Below are positions 11,011 to 24,010 of a stretch of 64,000 nucleotides of DNA, in pieces. Made by a program: the position numbers and the translations under genes. The notes beneath the pieces are model-generated. The model did no database searches. It worked only from the letters and a program-made list of their open reading frames with translations, and had not been told where the DNA came from. The stretch spans positions 496,001-560,000 of the forward strand of contig NC_043020.1 of NCBI RefSeq assembly GCF_006345805.1, written 5' to 3'. The first letter of the stretch is position 1. The number at the start of each line of letters is the position of its first letter. The DNA comes from Octopus sinensis (lineage: Eukaryota).

Positions 11011-12614
11011 TTTTATTAAGTAGTAGTAGTAGTAGTAGTAGTAGCAGCCATTGCCCTAATTGCTATAGATTGAAGGACATTTGAGCAAAGGTTCATGCTC
11101 TTAAGTGACCAGGGTGGTCTTGGATCTGTGGGGGTTTCTTGATTGGCCCTAGTTGGAGGCTCTCCTGTATCAGGAAGACTGCATCATTCATGTGTTCACA
11201 TATTTTGTATGTTATCCCTACTTTTTATCTTTTCTCTCCCTCTGCTTTTTCTCCCCTCAGCTTTTCAGGTAACTACATCACATGCACACACAAATTGTAA
11301 ACGATCTTTGTAATGTCTTCCTCAGCAGATGCCCTCTTGGCAAATAAAATTATCATGATTGTCAAAAGTCAGTTATGCAACATTGCCATCATCATCATCG
11401 TCATCATCATCATCATCGTCAATAGTCAGTCATTCAACAAGTTTTGTCATCTCCCAGAAATGTTAAATATATATTTAGTTGCTTGCAACATACAAACGCA
11501 GTGTAAAAGGGAGATGAAAGTGCATACATTAAAGCATTGCCCTAACATATTGCAGGGAGCAGAAAACCTCAAATGTAAAAGACCTTTTGCTGTAAGCCTT
11601 AACAGATAAACAAAGTAGTGTCAATATAGCTGCTACAGAATGAAAGATATGTTCAGAGAGTAACCAAAGGAAAGGGAAAAGCAAAGATTAAGAAGTGGAA
11701 CAGCTAAGATATGAAAATTTACCTAAAATCTTCAAAGAATTATGAAAGTGAAGAATTTAATGTTGCACTAAGACATCTTGACCTTTAAGATTGGGTTAAT
11801 TGTTTTGTCCTGTTTCTTTATTCCTTTCTTTTTTTTTCCGTTAAAGCTTGACTCATTATCGTCATGACCATCCCTTTTTCCATACTGGTATGGGTTGGAC
11901 AGTATAACAGGAACTGATGAGCCACAGGGCTGTGCCAACCTTCAATGCCTGCTTTGGCATGGTTTCTATGGCTGGATGCCCTTCGTAACACCAAGCACAG
12001 AGTATATTGGATGCTTTCCCTTTTGTAGCACCTGCACCAGTTGGTTCGCTAAGAATTCATGCGACAAGACTCCTTCAGTTGAGTAGCGTATGGTATTGAG
12101 AGATGTGCAGGTGTGATAGAAAGACAAGAACTGGTCTCTTCCACCAAGGTCTACTTCACCTTTCATCATTTCATTGATAAAACAAGTACCAGTTGAGCAC
12201 TGGGGTGAATTTATTAACTTACCCTCTCCCCCAAATTGCTGCCCTTGTGCCAGAATTTAACAGCATTATTATTATTTCACATGTGCTGTCTGTGCAATAT
12301 CTGCAACATAAAATGGCTGGATAAGACATCAAATGTCAAAATTTTAGATGTGATATCTCCAGTATTGAAAGCATGCTGTTGTTTGATTGCATTCCAAAAT
12401 TTCTTTTGTGTGGCCAACAAGTGGAAGGATGCTGCAGTAAAGGAAGACCCTTCCTTAAGTATAAGGACCAGTTGAAGCAATCACTTAAATCCCTTCAGCT
12501 TAATTTAACATCTTGGGAAAGTTATTGCCTAGATCGATCTGAGCGGCATAAAATTTGTCATGATGCATCTAAAGAATTTGAGTTGAAGAAACAGAACAAT
12601 AAAAGAAACGTGTC

Positions 12615-12985
12615 TTGTTTACCAACCACATGGTTCAGGGTTCAGTCCCACTGTGTAGCACCTTGGGCAAGTGTCTTCTACTATAGCCTCAGGCCGACCA
12701 AAGCCTTGTGAGTGGATTTGGTAGATGGAAACTGAAAGAAGCCTGTCATATATATGTATATATATATGCGTTTGTGTGTCTGTGTTTGTCCCCCTAGCAT
12801 TGCTTGACAACCGATGCTGGTGTGTTTATGTCCCCGTAACCTAGCGGTTTGGCAAAAGAGACTGATAGAATAAGTACTGGGCTTACAAAAGAATAAGTCC
12901 CGGGGTCGAGTTGCTCAATTAAAGGCAGTGTTCCAGCATGACCGCAGTCAAATAACTGAAACAAGTAAAAAAGTAAAAAAGAGTA
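12615..12985 (+). mobile_element. Family A SINE (5'-truncated)
   Basis: accaaccacatggttcagggttcagtccc...ttgggcaagtgtc...aaataactgaaacaagtaaaaaagtaaaaaagag. Confidence 0.9.
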
Positions 12986-13873
12986 GTCAACAGACACATT
13001 GGTTCAATCCCAGGTAAAATCAAAACCACCATTGTCCCCATTGTGACTTCACGGCAAAGTACAAATTACATTTACATACACATCCATTAAAAATAAATGC
13101 AGTTTCTTTGTTTTCAATCGTTTTTTTTTAGTTTTTTTAAAATCCTTTTCTTCAAACACTCATATTGAAATCTGTGAGTGACCATCATTATTATTATTAT
13201 CATTAAATTCTCCATTCTTGTAGTGTTAACAATCTTAAAGTTTCTCCATTGAGATTTGTCTGCCAGGCAGGTTTAAACGTCTAACACACACATTCTCCTT
13301 CTCTCTCTCTTTCTCTCTCCTCCTCTCCCTCACTCTCTCTCTCACTCTCTCTCTCTCTACTCAGCTGTCAATTCTGTGAAGCATTCTTTTTCTCCAATAC
13401 TTTAGTCTTTACTGTTTACTTTTTGTAATCTGGGTAAAGAGGGGAAAAAAGAAAAAAAATCAGCCATCAGGCATTAAGTATATTATAAAGACAGTGCTTT
13501 CACCTCATTCTGTTGGGTCACTTCTTCAGCAAACCTTGACATACAAAATATATAAACCAAAAAAAAAAAAAAAAGAAATATTTTTTTTTAATATCTGGTG
13601 AAGGACATTTATCACAGAAAGCAAAGGAAAAAAAGAAACCCAATATGTCTACAAGTTTTGGCTGAGAGGAACTAATGACCCATAAGTTGCGATACTTTCG
13701 AAGAGAATGGTTTGTAATGTATGTTTGCATATACCTGCATATGTACATACATTGCTTGTTCGTTCATTCAGTTTCTTATGTGAAATATTTACAAGAATGT
13801 CAGGGTTTTTTTATATATATATATATTTTGAAATTCTTTTTTTTTTTGGAAATATTTCCATTGAGAATTTCTA

Positions 13874-14045
13874 CAGGAGTGGCTGTGTGGTAAGTAGTTT
13901 GCTTACCAACCACATGGTTCCAGTTTCAGTCCCATTGTGTGGCACCTTGGGCAAGTGTTTTCTACTATAGCCTCAGGCCAACCAAAGCCTTGTGAGTGGA
14001 TTTGGTACATGGAAACTGAAGGAAGCTGGTCATATATATATATAT
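13874..14045 (+). mobile_element. Family A SINE 5' half
   Basis: caggagtggctgtgtggtaagtag head through to the internal (TA)n. Confidence 0.85.
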
Positions 14046-14052
14046 ATATATA

Positions 14053-14257
14053 TTTCTTTACTATCCACAAGGGGCTGCACACAGAGGGGACAAACAAGGA
14101 CAGACAAACGGATTAAATCGACCCCAGTATGCAACTGGTACTAAATTTATCGACCCTGAAAGGATGAAATGCAAAGTCAACCCCGGCGGAATTTGAACTC
14201 AGAACGTAATGGCAGACAAAATATGGCTACGCATTTCACCCGGCGTGCTAACGTTTC
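14053..14257 (-). mobile_element. Family B SINE
   Basis: Reverse complement of ...gttctgagttcaaattccgcc...tttcatcctttcagggtcgataaatt...gtagtaaagaaa. The body resembles the Meta-SINE domain as I recall it (tentative). Confidence 0.85.
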
Positions 14258-14305
<48 letters not shown>

Positions 14306-14573
14306 GATGATGATGATGATATATATGTGGTGTATGTTGATCATGGTTGTTTATAGCAAGACCTATAATAAAAGACAGTCCATCCATGACCATCAAGTTT
14401 TTTGTGGCAGGACAGTGAGTGTTCAAGAATAATGTACCTGTCAGTTCATTATGATGATATAGAGTGTGATTTGAAAGGAAATTGACTGTTGTTTCTTGCA
14501 GGTCAAGTAACTATCTTGAAACTCCTTCAGTTCATTTTTGTTGAGATTCAATTCTCTTCTTGCCTTGAGCAAG

Positions 14574-15051
14574 TTAACCCTTTTGTTGCCATATTTCTTT
14601 GGAAATGCACTGTCTTAATTTCAATTAATTTTGAAAATGAGAATTTAGTAAGATAACATGGTCATTAATTAACTGGTGTTAGAAGTATAAATTAACATGA
14701 AATTTTAATGGAAGTTTGTAATTTGGTTATTCGACATTACTCTGTGAGGAGCATAGAGCCAGATTCCCAGTTTCTCTGGTATGTTCCACCCTGGAAGGGA
14801 CACCAGTCTGTCACAGAATTACTCATATTTGCCAGCTGAGTGGACCGGAGCAACGTGAAATGAAGTGTCTTGCTCAAGAATACAACACATCACCAATCCA
14901 GGAATTGAAACCACAATCTTACAATCATAGATGCAACACCCTAACCATTAGCCCATTCACTTCCACAAGGTTTAAATTCAGATCACTTTAAAGCCGAAGT
15001 TTGTTTCATAGAATTGAGGTTGGTCTTAGGTAAGCTGGTTTTAAAAGGGTT

Positions 15052-15053
<2 letters not shown>
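14574..15053. mobile_element. piggyBac-like MITE with a nested family E SINE (14755-14965)
   Basis: TTAA-cccttt at 14574 and aaaggg-TTAA ending at 15053. Internal sequence is related to the 30777-31066 copy in opposite orientation. Confidence 0.7.
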
Positions 15054-15055
<2 letters not shown>

Positions 15056-15083
<28 letters not shown>

Positions 15084-15293
15084 GTTTAACGTCTGCTTTC
15101 CATGCTAGCATGGGTTGGACGATTTGACTGAGGGCTGGCAAACCAGATGGTTGCACCAGGCTTCAATCTTGATCTGGCAGAGTTTCTACAGCTGGATGCC
15201 CTTCCTAATGCCAACCACTCCGAGAGTGTAGTGGCTGCTTTTACATGCCACCTGCACGGGGTCCAGTCAGGCGTTACTGGCAACGACCTTGCT
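15056..15293 (-). mobile_element. Family D (RTE 3'UTR) copy
   Basis: (CAT)n-cgtttaacgtctgctttccatgctagcatgggttggacg...ggatgcccttcctaatgccaaccactcc. Confidence 0.85.
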
Positions 15294-16315
15294 TCAGTAT
15301 ATTCACCCTCTGTTTATTAGAAATCCTGTTTATTGTTGGAGTTGTAATTGTGAGTGACTTGATCTGAGACCATATGTTGAAACTGAAGCGATCCTTACAT
15401 CATGCTATTTGAACCATCTAGAAGCACCAATAAATGAGATAGAAAAAATACCAGGCTTTAAAAAAAATGTACAGGTCAATTTGTTTGCCTGGGCCTTTCA
15501 TTGCAGTACCTCAATATCTCTGCAGTTCAATGACTTCAACAAGCTGAAGATAAAAATGAACAAACAAAACGTTTGGACTGAAAACCAGGTGAGGGGGGTC
15601 AGTTATGAAATGCCACAACTCCACCTCTCCTCGCGGCATATGAACTTACCTTTAATCATGAATTTAAAGTTTGTTTAGTTTGGTTCATAGTCTCAATGGT
15701 GTTGACATCGAGACTAAAGGATTTACACTGTCTAATTCGCTAATTCATGGTTCTGTGTTCAAATCCCATTAGAGCGAACTTTGTTTTATCTCGGTAAAGT
15801 TGATAAATTAAGTATGAATAATAATAATATAATAATAATAATAATAATAATATACTCGAGTTGGCTTCATCGACACCATACCATTTCCCACTTACACTCA
15901 GGTCTATACATCATCAACAATACCTTCTCTCGTTTCTCTATGATTTATATATATATACTTCAAAAAGAAATCAATATTTGGTGGTTAGCCAGTATTCAAA
16001 AGGTGAACATCTTTAAAACAAATGTTATATACTTCATAATAATTATAATTACACCTCATTAAAAACAGATACTGTAATTTGAAATGAAAGAGAGATAAAT
16101 TATCATCAAGCATCTCCTTAACAACTTTATGAAGTGTGGAGATGTTACAGATGTTCCATAGAATTGTCATTGGTAGCAGTGATAACAAATCATTGCTGAA
16201 TAGGTTGATGATGTAACCAACTACATTACATACGTGACACCCTACTGTATCTGTGTTCACTATACTGTATTCTCTTCTGAGCTATTTTCCCTCATCCACA
16301 TTGTTGACAACTGTA

Positions 16316-16371
<56 letters not shown>

Positions 16372-16410
16372 ATATATACATGTGTGTCTGTGTACATATA
16401 ATAATAAATA

Positions 16411-16839
16411 AATGCACCCTTTTAAAGCCTAGCCAGGCTCATGGGCCCGGTTTCCTGGTTTCTATGGCGTATGTGTTCCCCACCTGGACGGGACACCAGT
16501 CCATCTCAGCGTTACTCATTTTTGCCAGCTGTGTGGACTGGAGCAACATGAAATGAAGTGTTTTGCTCAAGAACACAATGCGTCGCCGAGTCCAGGAATC
16601 GAAACCACAACCTTACGATCAGGGTGCTGACACCCTAACCACTAAGCCACACGCCTCCACAAATAAATGAGCTCTTTTAAAGCCTAGCCAGGCTCATGGG
16701 CCTGGTTTCCCGGTTTCTATGGCATATGCATGCCCCAGCTGGACAGGGCACACAATGTGTGACCCAGTCCAGGAATCGAAACCACAACCTTACAATCATG
16801 GTGCTGACACTCTAACCACTAAGCCACATGCCTCCACTC
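16411..16839 (-). mobile_element. Two tandem family E tRNA-headed SINEs (16411-16660 full, 16672-16839 internally deleted)
   Basis: Minus-strand head gtggaggcgtgtggcttagtggttagggtg...gtttcgattcctgg, and the shared tail gagcctggctaggctttaaaag in both copies. Confidence 0.88.
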
Positions 16840-16874
16840 TGTGTACATATACAAATGCATATGTCTATATGTGT

Positions 16875-17086
16875 GTAAAAAGCACTCATGCTGGTGCCTC
16901 ATAAACAGCACCTGTACTGGTGCCACTTAAAAACCAACCAGTACACTCAGTAAAGTGGTTGGTGTTAGAAAGGGCATCCAACTGTAGAAACCATACCAAA
17001 ACACGCAATTGGAGTCTGGTACAGCTCTCTGGCTTACCAGCTCCTGTCAAACCCTCCGACTCATGCCAGCATGGAAAACAGACATT
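16875..17086 (+). mobile_element. Family D (RTE 3'UTR) copy
   Basis: gtgttagaaagggcatccaactgtagaaacc...gcatggaaaacagacatta. Confidence 0.75.
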
Positions 17087-17119
17087 AACCCTTTCGCATT
17101 CACATTATTCTTTTCTTCT

Positions 17120-17490
17120 CTAGGCACAAGTCCTGAAACTTTTGGGGGAGTGGGGGCAGTCGATTAGATCAACCTCAGTACATAACTGGTACTTAATTTT
17201 GACCCCGAAAGGATGAAAGGCAAAGTCGACCACAGCAGAATTTGAACACAGGATATAAAGACAGACGAAATACCACTAAGCATTTCACCCAGCATGCTAA
17301 CATTTCTTATTTCTTTATTGCCAACAAGGGGCTAAAAATAAAGGGAACAAACAAGGACAGACAAAGAGATTAAGTTGATTACATCGACCCCCAGTGCGTA
17401 ACTGGTACTTAATTTATCAACCTTGAAAGGATGAAAGGCAAAGTCAACCTCGGCGGAATTTGAACTCAGAACATAGCAGCTGACGAAATA
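17120..17490 (-). mobile_element. Adjacent family B2 and family B SINEs
   Basis: Two consecutive gaaaggatgaaaggcaaagtc bodies, each with its own tail type. Confidence 0.8.
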
Positions 17491-17640
17491 CCTAGATGCG
17501 CATTCATCCATCCGTCGATGCTCTCGGTGTCGGGGGTTCACCGGCTTTCTCTTCTGTGGGTCTTACGAATAGCAAAGGACCACGTTTCGGACTTCTCCTA
17601 CTGGGACGAAGATTGCTTCGCTCAACAAACAAACAAACAA
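17491..17640 (+). mobile_element. Unclassified CpG-rich retroposon 3' end with (AAAC)n tail
   Basis: About 11 CpG in ~130 bp, ending ctgggacgaagattgcttcgctcaacaaacaaacaaacaa. Single copy in the window; it truncates the head of a family B SINE. Confidence 0.45.
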
Positions 17641-18607
17641 GCAGCACCAGCACGGGTGCATTATGTGGCACCTATGAGCCTGGAAGATTAGGAATACTCA
17701 GCCGGTGAGGGATGCAAAGACAGCCACACTTTTATTTAGCTTGACATGTCTTTTCAAGCACAACATTGGCTTATCGATATTCATCTTCTTCTCTCTTCTT
17801 CTTCTCCTTTATCTGTCTTTATTGATTTACTTACTTACTCCTACTTACAAGTAGAAGGAGAGGGTATTTTTTGAAAAAAACCCAAAAAAACAAACATTTT
17901 CCACTCTTGACCGAAGACGACTATCAATGACCATTAGGAACATTGTGTTCAAAGACAAAATTATTCTTGACACTTGTGGTTCTGATAGTGACTACTTATG
18001 AGTCCAGCTCTTGACAAACATACACGTCTGCAGATATTGCAGACCAAGTTTCCCCATTCAGTACACTGGCGGTGTTTTTGAGCAGCGTCACTTAAATGCA
18101 TCAAATGGCATTTATTTTGTTTCTTGGAATAAATTTTTCAAAATGATGGTGTCTATTTACTTTTGAAATGCCTATGTATATGTTTGCACATGGGGACTTG
18201 TTTTAAGTTTTTACTGTTCCAGAATTTGAGCAGGTCACTAATATAATGAGAAAGCTTTTTTTTTTTGTTTGTTTGTTTTTTTTTTAGTGAAGAGAGCTCT
18301 GTGGGGTTGTGGTTATCTGATATAGTTGATGAAAGTGTGTGTGGTAAGCTTGCACTTGTAGATATGCATGTCATGGCAGAACATAAGTGTGTGTGTTTTA
18401 TTACTATGTGTATGTATATGTATTCCATGTATGTGGTTGTGTGCATATGTTCACACAGGAACTCTCAAATAGAGAATCCCTGGAATGTTTTACAAATTGT
18501 ATGTATATATATATGTGTATATGTCTGTGTGTGTATATTTATATATATATTTCGTTTTGGGATTTCGTTTGCAAGATTCTTTATATGAGTTCATGTGTTG
18601 AAGCATA

Positions 18608-18882
18608 TACTATTGTGTCTGGGGAGAGTCATTTTCTTTTTGTGCCTTATTATGTAACACATTCACCGGTAAAATTTCCACTTTTTTCTTATTTTTATTT
18701 TCCTAAATTTTTCGTTGCATCTTGCAACCTTTTCAATAGTTTAGAGTCAAAACTATTGAAAAGGTTGCAAGACACAACAAAAATTTTAGGAAAATAAAAA
18801 TTTTTTAAAAAGTGGAAATTTTACCTGTGATTGTGTTACATAATAAGTCACAAAAAAAAATGACTCTCCCCCGACACAATAG

Positions 18883-18884
<2 letters not shown>
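18608..18884. mobile_element. Foldback MITE, TA-flanked (Tc1/mariner-type)
   Basis: Arms tactattgtgtctggggagagtcatttt...caatagttt and aaactattg...aaatgactctcccccgacacaatagta around a ~7-nt loop, with TA on both sides. Confidence 0.88.
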
Positions 18885-18914
<30 letters not shown>

Positions 18915-19639
18915 AACATGAATGTATATAATACTGGGTGATGTTAAAGAAGAAGAAATCAGAAAAGTAATTATTTTATTGAGCCAGAAAGCTTGAAAGG
19001 CCAAGTCGACCTCAGCAGTGTTTGAACTCAGAACATAAAGACGGATGAAATGCCTCCAGCGTGCTAACGATTCTGCCAGCTTGCAGCCCTTTGGAGTCAT
19101 TGAAATATTGAGCTGAAAAATATGAAGACAAACCTCCTCGAATGAGAAACCAATATAATTCTTAATTACTGAAATGATTAATTTCAGTCCTTGAATTACT
19201 GCTTTTTCAAATTACATTTTTTTTTATGTTCACTGTATTATATACGTGATCGATATCTTTGTTTTTCATCTCGATTAAGGGTAATGAACACTACATTCCC
19301 TCCTGATTAAGCAATGAAATATAAAAATAAAATTGATATTGAATATGTTAACATATTCAATATCATAATCAAATAAGCACCAGTTGAACTCCCCCTCCCC
19401 CAAAAGCTGCTGGCCTTGTGTCAACATTTGAAATCAATATTTCAATGAATCCATAATCTGTATGGATGATTGTCACCTCATATAATTTTTTATAGGATAG
19501 GCAACGTTCAATAAACTGTTGCCTTGTAATGTGTGTGTGTGTGTGTGTGTACAAAGGAGTGCTGAAAATTTCCAGGCTTTGGGTAAAAGAAAATACAAGA
19601 GGATCAGTTAATTATGATTTTATTCAACATGTGTAAAAG

Positions 19640-19880
19640 GATTCGAGCGAGGTCGTTGCCAGTACCACCTGACTGGCACCCATGCCAGTGGCACGTAAAA
19701 AGCACCCACTACACTCTTGGAGTGGTTGGCGTTAGGAAGGGCATCCAGCTGTAGAAACCCTGCCAAATCAAGATTGGAGCGTGGTGCAACCATCTGGTTC
19801 ACCAGCCCTCAGTCAAAATCGTCCAACCCATGACAGCATGGAAAGCGGACATTAAACGATGATGATGATGATGGTGATGA
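19640..19880 (+). mobile_element. Family D (RTE 3'UTR) copy
   Basis: gtggcacgtaaaaagcacccactacactc...ggaaagcggacattaaacgatgatgatg. Confidence 0.85.
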
Positions 19881-20469
19881 TTTTCCCTTTTCGGATTCAC
19901 ACACTTATTGCAGCAGCCCTTCAGTTTTTCTAAGCTCTATAAAAGAACTTGCGAGGTTGGGCCTCCTACCAGGCCTTTTGTGATATCCTTATTGTAGGTA
20001 AGTTCTGGGGTGTAAAGTGGCAAGCTGGCAGAATTGTTAGCATGTTGGACAAAATGTTTAGTGACATTTCCTCTGGTTCTTCACATCGTGAGTTCAAGTC
20101 TCTTCAAAGTCAGTTTCACTTTTCATCGCTTTGGTTTCAAAAAAACAAAATACCAGTCAAGTACTGCGGAGTGGGGGTCAATGTAATTGACTTGTCCCCT
20201 CCCTTTGGAATTCCAGCCCTTCAGCCCTGCAACAGACTGACATCCCATTCAGGGGGAAATGTTGTGATCTCAGGCACTTGTATTCCATAGGGACTGGATA
20301 ACTGATGTTATGAGTCCCAACGTTCAAGAAAAATAGAACTAAAATAGTTCTGGGATTAATTTCAGCAATTACATAGCCCTTCACTAAAATATGTTGTCTG
20401 AAGCTTACATCATTGTCATTGTTATCACCACTATTGTCATCATCATCATCATTGTTATCATTTTGTTTA

Positions 20470-20584
20470 TATGGTTCCGGGTTCAGTCCCACTGCGTGGC
20501 ACCTTGGGCAAGTGTCTTCTACTATAGCCTCGGGCCGACCAAAGCCTTGTGAGTGGATTTGGTAGACAGAAACTGAAAGAAGCC

Positions 20585-20632
<48 letters not shown>

Positions 20633-20895
20633 ATGTATATATACATATGTGTGTGTGTGTATGTATATATACATATGTGTGTATGTATGTTTGTGTGTTG
20701 TGTGTGTGTGTCCCCAACATCATTTGACAACCGATGCTGGTGTGTTTACGTCGCCGTAACTTAGTGGTTCGGCAAAAGAGACCGATAGAATAAGTACTAG
20801 GCTTACAAAGAATAAGTCCTGGGGTCGATTTGCTCGACTAAAGGCGGTGCTCCAGCATGGCCGCAGTCAAATGACTGAAACAAGTAAAAGAGTAA
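20470..20895 (+). mobile_element. Family A SINE, young, with expanded internal microsatellite
   Basis: Near-identical to the 45945 and 55801 copies. The internal (TA)n/(TG)n tract spans ~20589-20711. Confidence 0.92.
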
Positions 20896-21214
20896 ATCCA
20901 GCAACAACTGCACTGTTATAGAACAGATTGATGTAAAAGTACATTTGTCTCAAGATTGTCTGGTTAAGAAAATAGAACGGCCTGGAATAAGTGAGCTTAA
21001 AGCTGGCTTTATAAAATCGTGATCAACAGATGAGTTGTATGGGCAAAAAGATATTATCAGATGAGTTGATACAAATAGAAGATATTTGGATTAGAGATAA
21101 TCTCATATGCTACTTGTGATGGGTGTTGAAAACAAAAAAAAAAAAAACATTGTTGCCGATGGTAACACTATAGTGATAAGAGTGGTGCTTCATCGGTTTG
21201 TTGTTTATTAATAA

Positions 21215-21775
21215 AGTGGCACTCTGTCCGTTACCATGACGAGGGTTCCAGTGGAACAGCCTGCTCATGAAATTTACATACAAGTGGCTGAGCACTCCAC
21301 AGACATCCATAACCTTAATTTATGTTTCTTTACTACCCACAAGGGGCTAAACACAGAGGGGACAAACAAGGACAGACAAACGAATTAAATCGATTATATC
21401 GACCCCAGTGCGTAACTGGTACTTAATTTATCGACCTCGAAAGGATGAAAGGCAAAGTCGACCTCGACGGAATTTGAACTCAGAATGTAACGGCAGACAA
21501 AATACGGCTACGCATTTCGTCCGGCGTGCTAACGTTTCTGCCAGCTCACCGCTTTTATACCCTTAATATATAGTTCTCTAGGAGATTCAGTGAGACACAG
21601 AGTGTGACAAAGCCGGCCCTTTGAAATACAGGTACTACTCATTTTTGTGAGTTGAGTGGACAGGGGCAACATGAAATAAAATGCCTTGCTCAAAGACACA
21701 ACAAGTCACGGGGCACTGAACTCTTGACCTTACAGTTGCGAGCCGAATACCCAAACCTCTAAGCTACTCACCTCC
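21215..21775 (-). mobile_element. Chimeric SINE (E-like head, C-like tail) interrupted by a full family B SINE (21325-21552)
   Basis: The C tail gagggttccagtggaacagcctgctc...gagcactccacagaca resumes after the B copy with gtgacaaagccggccctttgaaatacaggtac. ccttaat is duplicated around the B copy. Confidence 0.75.
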
Positions 21776-22257
21776 ACTGTTTATTAATAGAGACAGTTCA
21801 AAGGTGATGCAAAGCATTTGTTAGATTATATAGTTGAGTCCACATCACTCCATAGGGAACAAGGGCTAGTTTACTGTTTCTCTGGTGTGTATATATTTCT
21901 TGCTAATGGGACACTGGTCTGTCGCAGGTGAGCGGACTGGAGCAGCTTCAAATGAAGTGTTTTTGTTCGAGTAGATAAAGCATTACCTGGTCCAGGAATT
22001 GAAACCACAGTCTCATTATCACTAAGCTATGCACCTCCACATTGATATATATAAGTAATCAAAAAATATCACCTGTTGATCATAGTCGCTTGGTCAAAGT
22101 TTTTTACCATTGGCTTGGGTTGACCAAGGCTTTATGAGTAGAATTTTGTTGCTGGAAACTATGTGGAAGCTTTGTACTGTAACCCCTCAATCCACAGCAT
22201 AAACCAACTTCCTTTCCTTGGGGTTTGTAGTTTTGTGAACTGCATGGTGACCCCCAC

Positions 22258-22445
22258 CATTGCTTGTGGCATGTAAAAAGCATCCACCACACATTGTAAA
22301 GCGGTTAGCATTAAGAAAGGCATCCAGCTGTAGAAATGGTGCCAAAAGCAGACATTGGAACAATGATGTGGTCCTTGGCCTCTTTGGATTATGTCAACCT
22401 GTTCAACCCATTCCACTATGGAACATGGACATTAAACGATGATAT
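22258..22445 (+). mobile_element. Family D (RTE 3'UTR) copy, degenerate
   Basis: gcattaagaaaggcatccagctgtagaaa...atggacattaaacgatgat. Confidence 0.7.
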
Positions 22446-23799
22446 GTGTAGATATATATATGTATATATATTTGTGTGTGTGTATTTAAACAGGTGCTTT
22501 GAAATAAAGTCCCTTGCGATATGTGTTCTGTCCAAATTACATAGATGCTGCTCTGTTGCAGTCTTTATCATAAATGCAGTAAAACTCGTCCATAAAATGT
22601 GATATAAGAAAAAAAAAGAACTAAAAGGCTTTTTTATTGCTTATTTGTTTCCGATGTAACTACATCTATTTTACTTCAAACTGAACAGTCTTATTTCATA
22701 CCAACAAGAAGTATTAAGAGTTTAGATTGGAACTCTTTGCTTGCTGTCTCTGTCCCCCCCCCATCCCTCGTCCCTCTCTCTCTCTCTACTCTCTTCTCCG
22801 CGCTCTCTTCAATAATACTAAGGAGATGCGGGGTGTTATTTTTGTCCCTTTGCTGTACTGCATCATTTAAATTAGTGTTATAAAATCTGAGAAGCTGTGT
22901 GACAGGGTAGCAATTTGTGGAGTCTGAACTGTCTAGTTTTATTGGATATAGTTGTACAGAGCGAAATCATGGTGTGTGTGTGTGTGTGTGTGAACGGCGG
23001 GGGTGGGAGTGGGGGGGTGAAAGAGAGAGAAGCTGGAATAAGTTTCTCGGTAAGAAGTGATAGGAAGGAAGTTGGAAAGTGTAAGATTTTTCAGACTATT
23101 CTAAGTAGTAATGCCTGGGTCATTTGTTTTCAGAGTGTCTACTTTACGGTAAAATATGTTCTACTGCTTCTCGTTGGATGGATGGACGGACGGACGGACA
23201 GAGTTTGGGAGTGGCTGGCGCGGGGTGAGGTGTATTATTGCAACAACAATCATGAATGATGGACTTATTTTCTATTTCTATCAATTTATCTCAGCATATA
23301 CATATTGTAAGTTGCAGAGCCATTTGAGTCTAGTCCAATATGATTTATCCAATATAAGGATGATATGGAAATCTTACATGCAAGCTGTGTAAGAGCGTGT
23401 GGTGGTGGTGGTGCGAGAGGTGAGAGGCAGGGGTGTTGTAAAACTTATTTTTCATCTTCTATATCTGAAATCCAAGATGGTTGCTGCTGCCCTAAACCAT
23501 TATTTGAACAAACTAAAAATGCGTGTCATTGAGCAGAAATATCTAGGTTTTCATTAGAGTGACAATGCATCTGTTGATGTGCACAGAAGCAGCTTAGAGT
23601 TGTATGGGTTCAATTCAAGGTGAACCACATATACAAATTTTTTTAGGTCTTTTTTTTTTCTCTTTTTTTTTTCTTCCTTTTTTTCATATTTTTCTGTTTC
23701 TTCCATTAGTCTTCTTAGCTGCATTTTCAGTACCATCTTCACAGATGGTAGAAATGTTGTTACTGCTGTTTAGCCCCGAGCCAGCCCTATGATCAAAGA

Positions 23800-24010
23800 A
23801 AGACGTTGCTTTCAAATTTGGCTCAAGGCTGGCAATTTCTGGGGCAGGGTGGGGGTACTAGTCGATTACATCAACCCCAATACTCGTATTTATTTTGTTG
23901 ACCCTGAAAGGATGAAAGGTAAAGTCGACATCAGTGGAGTTTGAACTCAGACCCTAAAGGCCAATGAAATGCTGCTAAGCATTTTACTCAGTATGTTCAC
24001 AATTCTGGTG
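23800..24010 (-). mobile_element. Family B2 SINE
   Basis: ttcaaatttggctcaaggctggcaattt tail, gaaaggatgaaaggtaaagtcgac body, and ttgaactcag B-box. Confidence 0.75.

Noticed and set aside
11914-11935. CTGATGAG followed by a GCC/GGC hairpin
   Set aside because: No GAAA follows; it is a diverged part of a family D copy.
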